A DNA stretch of 64,000 nt from an uncultured Alphaproteobacteria bacterium (GTDB lineage Bacteria; Pseudomonadota; Alphaproteobacteria; UBA9655): positions 55,168 through 119,167 of the forward strand of contig CAZSAH010000001.1 in the NCBI GenBank assembly GCA_964605015.1. The letters run 5' to 3'. A program made the position numbers and the translations under genes. This document shows, one piece after another, positions 8,947 to 17,039 of the stretch (positions are counted from its first letter, which is position 1; each line of letters starts with the position of its first letter). Below the pieces are notes generated by a model, which saw nothing but the letters and a program-made list of their open reading frames with translations, was not told the DNA's origin and did not search any database.

Positions 8947-9458
8947 AAGTCGGCTCCTTTTGTAAGACGTTGCCATCCTTTTCCATCGAAAAAGAGGGGG
9001 GTGATTCCGGTTTCCTCTATTAAAAGCGCAAGCTTTCCCAGATCATCCTGTGACGGCAACGTAGCCTTTTCATAGAGAGGAAGCGGAAGAGGTTTCGGAA
9101 GGGTTAAAATTTCTTGCCACAGGGGCGCATCGTGCTCCCACAACGTGCTGAGATGATCTTTTAAACAACAATAAACACCTTGGTTATACATGACAAAATC
9201 TAAGGAATGGTAAGGGGTTTCACTCGCCCAGGGACCCCGGGGCGTAAGTGTTGCCTTTGGCAAGGGGAAAGTCCCAAAGTCTGTTCCAAACGTCCCTGTA
9301 ATGGTGAGGGCGTCTCCGTGAGCGGTGATTTTTCCGATCCCTTCTCCAGAGTCAAGATGAGTTTCCAGGGCTTTCAGACGGTCCTCAAGCTCTCGGAAAT
9401 TGTCATCCATTTCCTCAATCGTTAGGGGCGCTCCTTTGTCAGTGCGATATATCATCAT
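8943..9458 (-). CDS. Phage-related hypothetical protein with CBM5/12-like aromatic motif (possible fibre/receptor-binding)
   Basis: N-terminal LTIEEMDDNFRELEDRL resembles tail-fibre N-termini. The C-terminal motif FVMYNQGVYCCLKDH...WEHDAPLW (about 9111-9203) resembles the Y-x-G-x-Y...W carbohydrate-binding pattern. GGAG RBS lies upstream. Confidence 0.45.
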   Translation of the reverse strand: MMIYRTDKGAPLTIEEMDDNFRELEDRLKALETHLDSGEGIGKITAHGDALTITGTFGTDFGTFPLPKATLTPRGPWASETPYHSLDFVMYNQGVYCCLKDHLSTLWEHDAPLWQEILTLPKPLPLPLYEKATLPSQDDLGKLALLIEETGITPLFFDGKGWQRLTKGADL

Positions 9459-9475
9459 GGGGGTCTCCGGTTAAA

Positions 9476-10345
9476 TCATGGCCTAAAACACACGGTCACA
9501 AAGGTGGGGTGACCAGGCACAGGCTCGCAAAAATAGGAAGTATACGGCGTAACGCCGAGTTCAGTTTTCAAAGAAAGGCGCGCGTGCCCTGCAGACAGAG
9601 CACTTGTGAGGCTCATGTATTCTTCAACACGGGGAAGGGGGCTAAACATAACCGTGTGGTTGAAATCGCGCCCCCCATGGGGAGGCGGCGTGTGCTGAAC
9701 CTCCAACGTTGAAGATGTATACAAGCGAATGCGCGTTTTATCGTACTCTGAGGTGAGGGCATAATAAACCTGCTCAATCTGCTCAAGGGGGACGCCGGGA
9801 TGGTAGTATCCCCCATATCCTCGCAAAACGCGGGTGTTTACCACGCCTGGAGGGGACGTGAGCACGTTTCCAGCGGCAAGCGTTGTGATGCGCACCTGGT
9901 AGGACGCACCCTCTCCACAAAAGAGTTTGACATAGAGGGGGTTTGTGTCCTCTATTTGCCCTGCAGGCATGCTTTTCCCAGAAAAGAAAAACTTTTCCCC
10001 GTGATGCATGCCCTGTCCAACGCCTGCATACTCAACCGCAATCCCTTTCCATTGGGAATTCTTAATGTCCCGCTCATATCCCTGGATGACTGTCTCTTCC
10101 TCATACAGCAGGGCTTTTTCAAGGACTTCGCCCTCTGAGATCAGCTGCACCGTTGAGGTTTTGTTCACAAGAGGAAGGGGGCGCAACACACACCGCAAAC
10201 TCAACGTTTCTGGGACTGTTTTAGAGTCCTCCATCAGAATACACGACGAGGGATGGGTGATATCAAGGCTCCCTTCTTCAAGGTTTAAGTCCACAAAGCC
10301 GGGTTCATAGCCTGTGTCAGGGGAGGAGGGGTGTAAAATACGCAT
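9476..10345 (-). CDS. Hypothetical protein (phage-derived block, function unknown)
   Basis: 289-aa ORF tightly linked (17-nt gap) to the downstream fibre-like ORF. No motif recognised. Confidence 0.5.
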   Translation of the reverse strand: MRILHPSSPDTGYEPGFVDLNLEEGSLDITHPSSCILMEDSKTVPETLSLRCVLRPLPLVNKTSTVQLISEGEVLEKALLYEEETVIQGYERDIKNSQWKGIAVEYAGVGQGMHHGEKFFFSGKSMPAGQIEDTNPLYVKLFCGEGASYQVRITTLAAGNVLTSPPGVVNTRVLRGYGGYYHPGVPLEQIEQVYYALTSEYDKTRIRLYTSSTLEVQHTPPPHGGRDFNHTVMFSPLPRVEEYMSLTSALSAGHARLSLKTELGVTPYTSYFCEPVPGHPTFVTVCFRP

Positions 10346-10369
10346 GGGATGTCCTTTCTGTTACTATTT

Positions 10370-10585
10370 ATAATGTCAGTTCGACGTCAATAATTAGGCA
10401 AATGTTTGAATTTATAGTATTGTCCTCGCATAATAATACTTGTCATCCCCGCGAAGGCGGGGATCCAGAAAGCTCTTTAAAAAAGTGATTATTCCGATTT
10501 TCTTCGACAACAGTCTGTTTTAAAAGGTTTTATCTGGATCCCCGCCTTCGCGGGGATGACAAGTGGGGGCGAGGAGACAAGATAA
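10370..10585. repeat. MITE/REPIN-like composite palindromic element (hairpin family 1 doublet)
   Basis: CTTGTCAT-CCCCGCGAAGGCGGGG-ATCC at 10439-10466 and its inverted copy at 10537-10563, separated by ~70 bp. The left outer arm ...GTCGACGTCAATAATTAGGCAAATGTTTGAATTTATAGTATT matches the arms at 2800-2858 and 6640-6700. Inserted between two co-oriented phage-side genes. Confidence 0.85.
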
Positions 10586-10616
10586 GATGGTAATAATGTG
10601 TTTTGATTCAACTCAT

Positions 10617-12443
10617 TCACTCACTCCTCGGAACACACCACGGGACGGCCATAGTCACCGGAATAAGGTGCTCGAGGGTTTCCTTTGTTCTTAAATCCTT
10701 AAAGTGAAGGCGCAAACGGGTTGGCTTAGAAGACAGAGCTTTTTGAAGAGCCCGCGGAGAGCCGTTTGCGCACGCTCCCATGTCTGATTCTTGATCTTCT
10801 GGGCCATTGATGAGCTCGATTCCTTTGAGCAGAGGCCCCATCCGGCGGGCCTGGGGTGGGGTTTTGTCATCATACCGCCAATAGGTAAGCCCTGAAGGAG
10901 TGCGACACAGGGTGTTTTCAGAAGCAAGATAGGCTCCTTCCCAATAGTCATCTCCCCGAGGGGGGACCTGAAGGGCGGGAGCATGATCGCCTTCCCGCCC
11001 CTTTGGAGGGCATAAAATCGTCACGCGCCCAAATCGTTCCCCCGTTTCACCTTTCGCAATGAGGGAATATTTGACAACTTTTCCCCGGATCTTTCCGTCT
11101 GGCAACCGAGGGTCTGATAGGACAAGAGAGGTGTCTGTTGTGATGTCTTGGACCACCTCCCATGAAGCATCAAAGCTTATGTCAATGACTCTTGCCTGTT
11201 TTGCAAGAATGGCTTTAGCCCGCTCCATGGCGTGCTCAGCGGCTTGATACCCACGATCTGTTAAAAAGAATGAGGCGCGCGCTGGATTTCCCAGGGCTGT
11301 ATGGAAAATCTTTTGAAACACCCATTTGTTTGCGTCAAAAGTAAGCCCTGCAGTGTGCGTTCCTTGGCAGCGATAAATCCCATTTTGATAAGCAACATCT
11401 GTGCCGTCTCGATAAAAGCATTCAGGTTGCCATTTATAGGCATGAGGATCGGGGTTAATGTTTTGGAGCGTAAATTCCACCACCTTATGCTCCCCTTCAC
11501 CAGGATACAGATCCTGAAACCCATGGTGAAGAGTCACGATGAGGGTTTCCTTGCGTTTTTGATGATATTGCCAACTCACCCACAAGGTGGGCTTAAACCA
11601 ATGACGTTTCACACGGTAAGGTTTTGGATCCTCTCCGTCCTCCCGTAAAGGGACCGCGGGCGAATAGGAGGGGTAGAGGGAGGACGCGGGCGTCATTTCC
11701 TTTAAATCGCTCTTAAGAATCCACACCCCAGAGCGCCCCACCCGGTGGCCCGGCGTGGGCCACTTTTTAAGGAGAGACTCCTTTGTGTAGGTGCTGACGC
11801 GAGACTGCGGAAAAGACAGGCGTATGGCAGAACTTAGGTCCGTCACCCCTTCTTCCTTTTGAACCCAATGGGCATGGACCTTAACCGTACACGCTTTTAA
11901 AGGACGTTTTGTCATGCGCAATTGAAGACTCGCTGGAAAAAATGAGTCGTGAAGTGTCAAGGTCTGGCGCCCCTCAAACCAATCAGATCGTGCCAGATCC
12001 CACGTCCGCCGATCGCAATACAGGGAGGATGTGTGTGCGTCTTGGATGCGCTCCCCTTGATCAGGTTCCTTCACCCACAAGGCATCCCAATAGGGAGGAT
12101 GACGCATCCCCTGTTGAAGGCGCTCTATCTTTTCCGAGATATCCGGCGGGCAAGCGATCAGCTCGATCTCCGCAAAGGGGCCGTCTACCTTAACGGGCCC
12201 CCCTATGAGCACCCCCTTAAAGTAAAGACTGGCCCCTTGAATACTTCCTATTGTTCCCCCAGGGGGAAGCAAGATTCCCGCTTCAACAACGGCTCTTGCT
12301 GTTGCAAAAGAATCTTCTTCTTGAGAAATTTCTAAGTCAAAAAGAGGTATATTATCTCTTTTTTCAAATACAAGATAAATATTCATTTTTATTCTCATTA
12401 AAAAAAAGGGTTGACTGTAAGAGAAAGGAGCCGTATATGACAC
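10617..12443 (-). CDS. Large hypothetical phage-derived protein with CBM5/12-like motif
   Basis: 608-aa ORF; alternative starts at Met16 and Met20 (12386). Motif YKWQPECFYRDGTDVAYQNGIYRCQGTHTAG..FDANKW (about 11319-11438) parallels the motif in ORF 8943-9458. No other family recognised. Confidence 0.5.
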   Translation of the reverse strand: MSYTAPFSYSQPFFLMRIKMNIYLVFEKRDNIPLFDLEISQEEDSFATARAVVEAGILLPPGGTIGSIQGASLYFKGVLIGGPVKVDGPFAEIELIACPPDISEKIERLQQGMRHPPYWDALWVKEPDQGERIQDAHTSSLYCDRRTWDLARSDWFEGRQTLTLHDSFFPASLQLRMTKRPLKACTVKVHAHWVQKEEGVTDLSSAIRLSFPQSRVSTYTKESLLKKWPTPGHRVGRSGVWILKSDLKEMTPASSLYPSYSPAVPLREDGEDPKPYRVKRHWFKPTLWVSWQYHQKRKETLIVTLHHGFQDLYPGEGEHKVVEFTLQNINPDPHAYKWQPECFYRDGTDVAYQNGIYRCQGTHTAGLTFDANKWVFQKIFHTALGNPARASFFLTDRGYQAAEHAMERAKAILAKQARVIDISFDASWEVVQDITTDTSLVLSDPRLPDGKIRGKVVKYSLIAKGETGERFGRVTILCPPKGREGDHAPALQVPPRGDDYWEGAYLASENTLCRTPSGLTYWRYDDKTPPQARRMGPLLKGIELINGPEDQESDMGACANGSPRALQKALSSKPTRLRLHFKDLRTKETLEHLIPVTMAVPWCVPRSE

Positions 12444-12483
12444 TTGATTAGACAGATGCGCACATAACTTGAGGAATACATCG

Positions 12484-13407
12484 ATGACACAAAAAAGTTG
12501 GTTTCATTCAAAAGGATATCTCCAAGGAATTTTCTGGATGACGGTTGTTTGCTTTATCAGCAATTCAAACGACATTTTGATTAAACACGTCGGTGTGCGT
12601 TTGTCTGGCGCAGAAGTGGCCTTTTTCCGCTTTTTCTTTAGTACACTGGTGCTATTGCCATTCATGGCGGCGCAGGGCAAAGGGGCCTTTATTTCCCGCT
12701 ATCCAAAGGCACAATGTGCACGGGCGTTGCTCTTGATGCTCGCCATGGCCCCTTGGTGTTATGGGGTCGCCGCCCTTCCCTTGACACTCGCCACAACCTT
12801 ATCCTTTACGGTTCCCTTTTTTGTGCTACCGCTTGCGAAGATTTTCCTGAAAGAGCATGTGGGGTGGCAACGATGTTTTGCAACCTTGTTTGGGTTTCTT
12901 GGCATTGTTGTTGCATTGCATCCGACGGGAGATTCCTTTAACCCAATGGCCCTTGCCCTTGTGGCCTCAGCGGTTATGTTTGCTGTCCTTGATATTATCA
13001 ATAAAAAGCTCCTCACCGAAGACGAAACCCTTTTGTCCATGTTGTTTTATTCAGCCCTTGGAACAGCTATCCTCGGCCTGGTTCCTGCTTTACTGACGTG
13101 GCAAACGCCGACCCTTCAAGAACTTTTCTTCCTTCTTCTTCTGGGCGCAGGGGGAAGTTTAATTCTGTTCTGCCTCTTGAAAGCCTATGCGGCTACTGAA
13201 GTCTCCGCCCTTCAGCCTTTCAAATACGTGGAATTGGTCTTGTCTGGGATTTTTGGGTTTGTGATTTTCCAAGAATTCCCAACAGTTAGCACCATTTTAG
13301 GCGCGATTATTATCATCCCTTCCACCCTCTATATTACAATCTATGAGACCCACCAACAAAAGAAGCGGGTTGCACGAGAAGAGCTGGTGTTGAAGGCGGC
13401 GGCCTGA
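12484..13407 (+). CDS. EamA/DMT-superfamily transporter (10-TM type)
   Basis: Two EamA-like halves rich in TM helices. ATG 12484 is preceded by GAGGAA (12471-12476). The track start at 12469 is a TTG codon. Confidence 0.8.
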   Translation: MTQKSWFHSKGYLQGIFWMTVVCFISNSNDILIKHVGVRLSGAEVAFFRFFFSTLVLLPFMAAQGKGAFISRYPKAQCARALLLMLAMAPWCYGVAALPLTLATTLSFTVPFFVLPLAKIFLKEHVGWQRCFATLFGFLGIVVALHPTGDSFNPMALALVASAVMFAVLDIINKKLLTEDETLLSMLFYSALGTAILGLVPALLTWQTPTLQELFFLLLLGAGGSLILFCLLKAYAATEVSALQPFKYVELVLSGIFGFVIFQEFPTVSTILGAIIIIPSTLYITIYETHQQKKRVAREELVLKAAA

Positions 13408-13439
13408 GGGGTTCTATGTTAAGCGATGGTGCCTCTTTA

Positions 13440-13690
13440 CTTGCCATCCTCCCACCCTTGTAATCCCCGCCCCCACTTGTCATCCCCGCGAAGGCGGGGA
13501 TCCAGGATTTCTCCCACTTTTGTCATCCCCGAGCTAGAAATCCTTTGTTTTCGTTAGAAAACATTAGGATTTCTTCATCGGGGATCTTGCTCGTAGCGAA
13601 TAAGATCCCCGATCAAGAAGTTCTAAGATTTGCGTTGCAAATCAAGAACTTCTAAGTCGGGGATGACAAGTAAAGGGGATGACAAGTAAA
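13440..13690. repeat. Composite palindromic repeat element (families 1 and 3)
   Basis: CTTGTCAT-CCCCGCGAAGGCGGGG-ATCC at 13476-13503, followed by CCCACTTTTGTCATCCCCGA... stem-loops. Also carries the reverse-complement copy of the long 6461-6525 palindrome (CCCCGATCAAGAAGTTCTAAGATTTGC GTT GCAAATCAAGAACTTCTAAGTCGGGG-ATGACAAG). Confidence 0.85.
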
Positions 13691-13695
13691 TGGCC

Positions 13696-14211
13696 CTACT
13701 CCTCCTCCAGCTCCAAGCGCCAGCCCACAGAAGCGCCCCATTCATCCGTCTCTAAATGGTAACCTTTGACAAGCATGATGAGGGACGGACGGTAGGTGAT
13801 AAATCCTCCTGGAAACCGAGGCGGTAAAAAAACACAGTTTCCCTCGACTTTTTCTAAGGGGTACACCTTTCCCAATGAATCAAAGGCATGGCAGGAGAGC
13901 GGTTCCCTTTCTAAGAAGATAGTTAGCGCCCCCACCGGGACGGCTTGCGTCAATGATTGAACACACCCCACCTTCAGGCGTGTTCCTGCCCATAGTTTTT
14001 CAAAAGCAGGGGGCGCTTGGTCCGTACAGCTGATGGTTGACTGAAACTTCCGATGGCCTTTGTCCCCCACACACATAAGCTTTCCGTTGAGCGTACGGCG
14101 CAAGACACCTTGTGACAGAGGGGTGAGGGATTGGAGACACCCTCGGGCTGAAAAGGGAGGAAACCCATTGTCGCACCCCACCCCTTCCAAACGTAAATCG
14201 GTTTCATACAT
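13696..14211 (-). CDS. Hypothetical protein in the position where RcGTA-type clusters carry the major tail protein
   Basis: Start taken at Met17 (ATG 14211), overlapping the stop of the upstream DUF3168-like gene by 8 nt. The sequence (MYETDLRLEGVG...) does not resemble TP901-1-type tail tube proteins as I remember them. Confidence 0.45.
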   Translation of the reverse strand: MYETDLRLEGVGCDNGFPPFSARGCLQSLTPLSQGVLRRTLNGKLMCVGDKGHRKFQSTISCTDQAPPAFEKLWAGTRLKVGCVQSLTQAVPVGALTIFLEREPLSCHAFDSLGKVYPLEKVEGNCVFLPPRFPGGFITYRPSLIMLVKGYHLETDEWGASVGWRLELEEE

Positions 14212-14545
14212 GGGGCACCCGCGCCTTAATGCTGAAGGTGTGAACACGCGTTTCTTCATCCTTCAAAAGGGAAAGGCCACTTTTCATCACCTTCAGGCTT
14301 CCTTTTTGGTAGGTGTAAAGAAGGGATTCCACCCCTTTTGCGAGCTTTAAAATTTCTTTCGTTCCTGAGTAACGGCTCCAAATTTTAACCGTAAACGTCA
14401 CAAGAGTGGGCCCCCAAGGCAATCCTTGAAGCGATTGCGTGGGTTCAAGGGTAATGTAGGGATGGGGAGGGTCCGCGGGAACGTGCTGAAAGACGGGACA
14501 CACGTGTTCTAATAGTTTTGTAAGGTCTAAGAAAAGCTCACGCAT
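14204..14545 (-). CDS. DUF3168-like head-tail joining protein (RcGTA g8 position)
   Basis: 113 aa. Has the pattern ...VFQHVPADPPHPYITLEP...VKIWSRYSGTKE.... Overlaps the upstream head-closure gene by 8 nt. Gene order matches g6-g7-g8. Confidence 0.55.
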   Translation of the reverse strand: MRELFLDLTKLLEHVCPVFQHVPADPPHPYITLEPTQSLQGLPWGPTLVTFTVKIWSRYSGTKEILKLAKGVESLLYTYQKGSLKVMKSGLSLLKDEETRVHTFSIKARVPHV

Positions 14546-14858
14546 TTTTTTCCTCCACAGCTGTCATACATAAAAATTGATGGGATTGGATGGGCGCCGG
14601 CGTGCTGATCACAGACAAGCGCTTTAAGGCGTACCGAAGGGGCCATAAAAATCCTACTTTGGGAGGAAGGATGATGCCAGTGCGGACCACAACGCGGTAC
14701 AAGGACCTTTCTTGTTTGTCGATGAGTGGCCACAAACAGGCCCATACCCGCGGCCCACGTCTCCAGTTTTCGACCCAGCCCCCTTCCCCATCACCCTGTC
14801 TTTCAGGGGCCAGGAGAATCAGGCATTCTGTTAAATCTTTCGTTGTGATGGTTTTCAT
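14538..14858 (-). CDS. Phage head-closure / head-tail adaptor protein (RcGTA g7-like)
   Basis: 106 aa. Has the pattern ...QGDGEGGWVENW...VWACLWPL...E typical of HK97 gp7-type head-closure proteins. Confidence 0.7.
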   Translation of the reverse strand: MKTITTKDLTECLILLAPERQGDGEGGWVENWRRGPRVWACLWPLIDKQERSLYRVVVRTGIILPPKVGFLWPLRYALKRLSVISTPAPIQSHQFLCMTAVEEKNA

Positions 14859-14868
14859 TTTTTTCTCC

Positions 14869-15399
14869 TTACACTAATTTGAGGACTTTATAAGGCGCCA
14901 GCGATGGCAGATTGAGCGGTTGCCCTTCGTATAAAAGGCGTGTCCCCATGAGGACAGCCATTCTAAGGTCTGGAGGGAGATCAGCAGGTGTCTCGCCATA
15001 GCCCGCCCAAAAATCAAGGGAAAGGGCTTGTCCCCAAGCTTGAGAAGGCAAAATCACGTTGCCTTCCTCTGCCCTGTAAGACATGTCCTGCTCCCCGGCT
15101 TTTACCGCAGTGACCTCTAAAAGAGGCGGAAACGGCAGGGTGAGGGCCAGATCACCCACCTTGGTTTGCACCAAAGGAAAAGAAGGAGGATAGGGGGGCG
15201 TGATCTGCATCCCCCAGCCTTGCTTTAAAAGAGCGCGGCCTGTTATATTTTCCACCGCAGCGCGAGAGGAGGAAATAAAGATTTTCAGCAGATCATCCTC
15301 ATGCTCTGAGGTAATGCGCAGATAAGATTTGACCTCTTCAAGAGAAACAGGCTCTTGAAGAGGAGGAATATTGAGGCGAAGAAGCATGGGAGTCTCCAA
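14869..15399 (-). CDS. Phage gp6-like head-tail connector protein (RcGTA g6-like)
   Basis: EPVSLEEVKSYLRITSEHEDDLLKIFISSSRAAVENITGRALLKQGW matches the conserved N-terminal pattern of the gp6-like connector / phiE125 gp8 family. Confidence 0.7.
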   Translation of the reverse strand: METPMLLRLNIPPLQEPVSLEEVKSYLRITSEHEDDLLKIFISSSRAAVENITGRALLKQGWGMQITPPYPPSFPLVQTKVGDLALTLPFPPLLEVTAVKAGEQDMSYRAEEGNVILPSQAWGQALSLDFWAGYGETPADLPPDLRMAVLMGTRLLYEGQPLNLPSLAPYKVLKLV

Positions 15400-15497
15400 T
15401 TTAAAAATGAAGCGGGATGATTGGAAATATTAACCAAATATAAATACTTTTATTACATAATAAAGATATGAATATATATTATGAAAGAGAGGATACA

Positions 15498-15626
15498 ATG
15501 TTTAAATTATTATTAGTTACTCTCAGTGTATTGATTTTTATAGGGTCTGTATCCGTTCCTATGAGTGGGGCCTCTGCTTGTGATAGCAAGGGTGAGTGTT
15601 ATATGACAAATTTTCCGGACCCATAG
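15498..15626 (+). CDS. Small ORF (42 aa) encoding a signal-peptide-bearing, 2-Cys peptide; antisense to the head operon
   Basis: Below the track cutoff and translated by hand: MFKLLLVTLSVLIFIGSVSVPMSGASACDSKGECYMTNFPDP. RBS AGAGAGGA lies 7 nt upstream. Sits in an AT-rich islet, and a + strand intrinsic terminator lies ~145 nt downstream. Confidence 0.35.
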   Translation: MFKLLLVTLSVLIFIGSVSVPMSGASACDSKGECYMTNFPDP

Positions 15627-15769
15627 AACAAGATAACCAGTTAAAATATTTACCTTTTATCGAGGAGACATTGATGAGTCGTTTATTATTATCAATTTCA
15701 TCTTATGCCACCTCTTCCGCCAATTCGCTGTTTCCATAATGAAAAAGTCAATGGTTGTTTGAGAACTTG

Positions 15770-15800
15770 GCCCCACTCGCATAGAGTGGGGCTTTTTTTT
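15770..15800 (+). terminator. Rho-independent terminator oriented for the + strand
   Basis: GCCCCACTC-GCATA-GAGTGGGGC stem-loop followed by T8 (15793-15800). The T-run is only on the + strand, although the adjacent capsid gene is on the - strand. Confidence 0.7.
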
Positions 15801-15801
15801 C

Positions 15802-17013
15802 TTAAGCGCTGAAATTCACCACCTTTAAGGCCTCAAAATTCAAGACATCGCCTCCCACACGGCGGGTGGTGTAAAACTCCACATAGGGCTTAGCGCTATA
15901 GGGATCCCGCAACACTCGAATTTCACTGCGGTCTACGATCTGATAGCCTTCCTTAAAATTCCCAAAAACAATCGCCTTGGAGGGTTCGCCTGGGACAAGG
16001 GGAGGCATGTCATCAGAGACAATCACGGGATATCCCAGAAGTGTGGGCGTCATGACGCCTGCCAAGGGGGGCTCCCACAAATACCGTCCGTTCTCTGCGT
16101 CTTTCAAGCGCCGGATACGGGCTTGAGCGGCGCGCGACATCAGCCAAGAAGACCCCGGAAGGTAGGGCGGTTTTAAGGAAAAGAAGGTGTCTTGAAGCTG
16201 AATTTCCCCAACCCCTTCTGCGAAATCTCCGTTTTCGCCTGTCTTAATTTCCTCAAGACGCCCCCATACCCAATCCGCTCTCTGAGCTGTTTCATAGGCC
16301 AGAATCCCTTTGGGTGAGTTTTCCCCTGTTCCACGAATAAAAGCTGTATTTTCCATAGACGCTATTTTCTGGGCAATTTTTTGAGACAGCCACTCCTCCA
16401 CGTTTAACAGGGCATCCTCCAGCAGCTTTTGGGTGGCCCGTGGCTTGGCATACATCTCGTGAACGGGGATGCGGATTTTTGCAAGCTCTGGGGTGCGCGT
16501 TTCCGGCCGATCTTGGGTTTCTGTCACCCAACCCGCATCCATGGCATCTTTATCAATGAGCAGTTCAAGGGCAGAGGTAGAGATTTGTCGAACGCTGGCA
16601 AGGGATCGCATGACTGATGTTGCTTGTAAAGTTGCATACAAACGCTCATGAAGACCGCTAGGAACCAAATAACCCCCATCACGATCAGCCGTTGTCGAGA
16701 GTGCTTTTTTCTCATAAAGATGCAATGGGGTATCAAGGCCTTTGCGAATATAGTCCATAAAGGCATGCTGGTGGTTGGAAAATAAGTCAGCGCTTGTTTC
16801 AACCGGCGGTCGACTCGCAAACGCGTCCATTTGCTTAAGACGCTTTTCGGCCGTTTCCAGGCTTGCATCAAGGCGCGCCAGCTTTTCTTCATCCAAGGCG
16901 TCCACAGGGCGGTTACGCTCAAGGTTTGCCAAACGGTTGTCTTGTGTTGATTTATACTCTTCAAAAGTACGCGCCAAATCATCCAACGTATTTTGTACAT
17001 CATAATCGTGCAT
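15802..17013 (-). CDS. HK97-family phage major capsid protein (RcGTA g5-like)
   Basis: The N-terminal pattern LARTFEEYKSTQDNRLANLERN....DALDEEKLARLDASL is typical of alphaproteobacterial GTA-type capsids. About 400 aa. Start taken at ATG 17013, preceded by GAGGA; the track start is 17025. Confidence 0.88.
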   Translation of the reverse strand: MHDYDVQNTLDDLARTFEEYKSTQDNRLANLERNRPVDALDEEKLARLDASLETAEKRLKQMDAFASRPPVETSADLFSNHQHAFMDYIRKGLDTPLHLYEKKALSTTADRDGGYLVPSGLHERLYATLQATSVMRSLASVRQISTSALELLIDKDAMDAGWVTETQDRPETRTPELAKIRIPVHEMYAKPRATQKLLEDALLNVEEWLSQKIAQKIASMENTAFIRGTGENSPKGILAYETAQRADWVWGRLEEIKTGENGDFAEGVGEIQLQDTFFSLKPPYLPGSSWLMSRAAQARIRRLKDAENGRYLWEPPLAGVMTPTLLGYPVIVSDDMPPLVPGEPSKAIVFGNFKEGYQIVDRSEIRVLRDPYSAKPYVEFYTTRRVGGDVLNFEALKVVNFSA

Positions 17014-17039
17014 TTTTATCCTCATGTGTTGTTAGGAAG

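Noticed and set aside
16524-17003. 159-aa alternative-frame ORF, and other ORFs (16292-16531, 16429-16651, 16775-17141) overlapping the capsid gene
   Set aside because: They are shadow ORFs inside a strongly supported HK97 capsid gene, with no independent signals.
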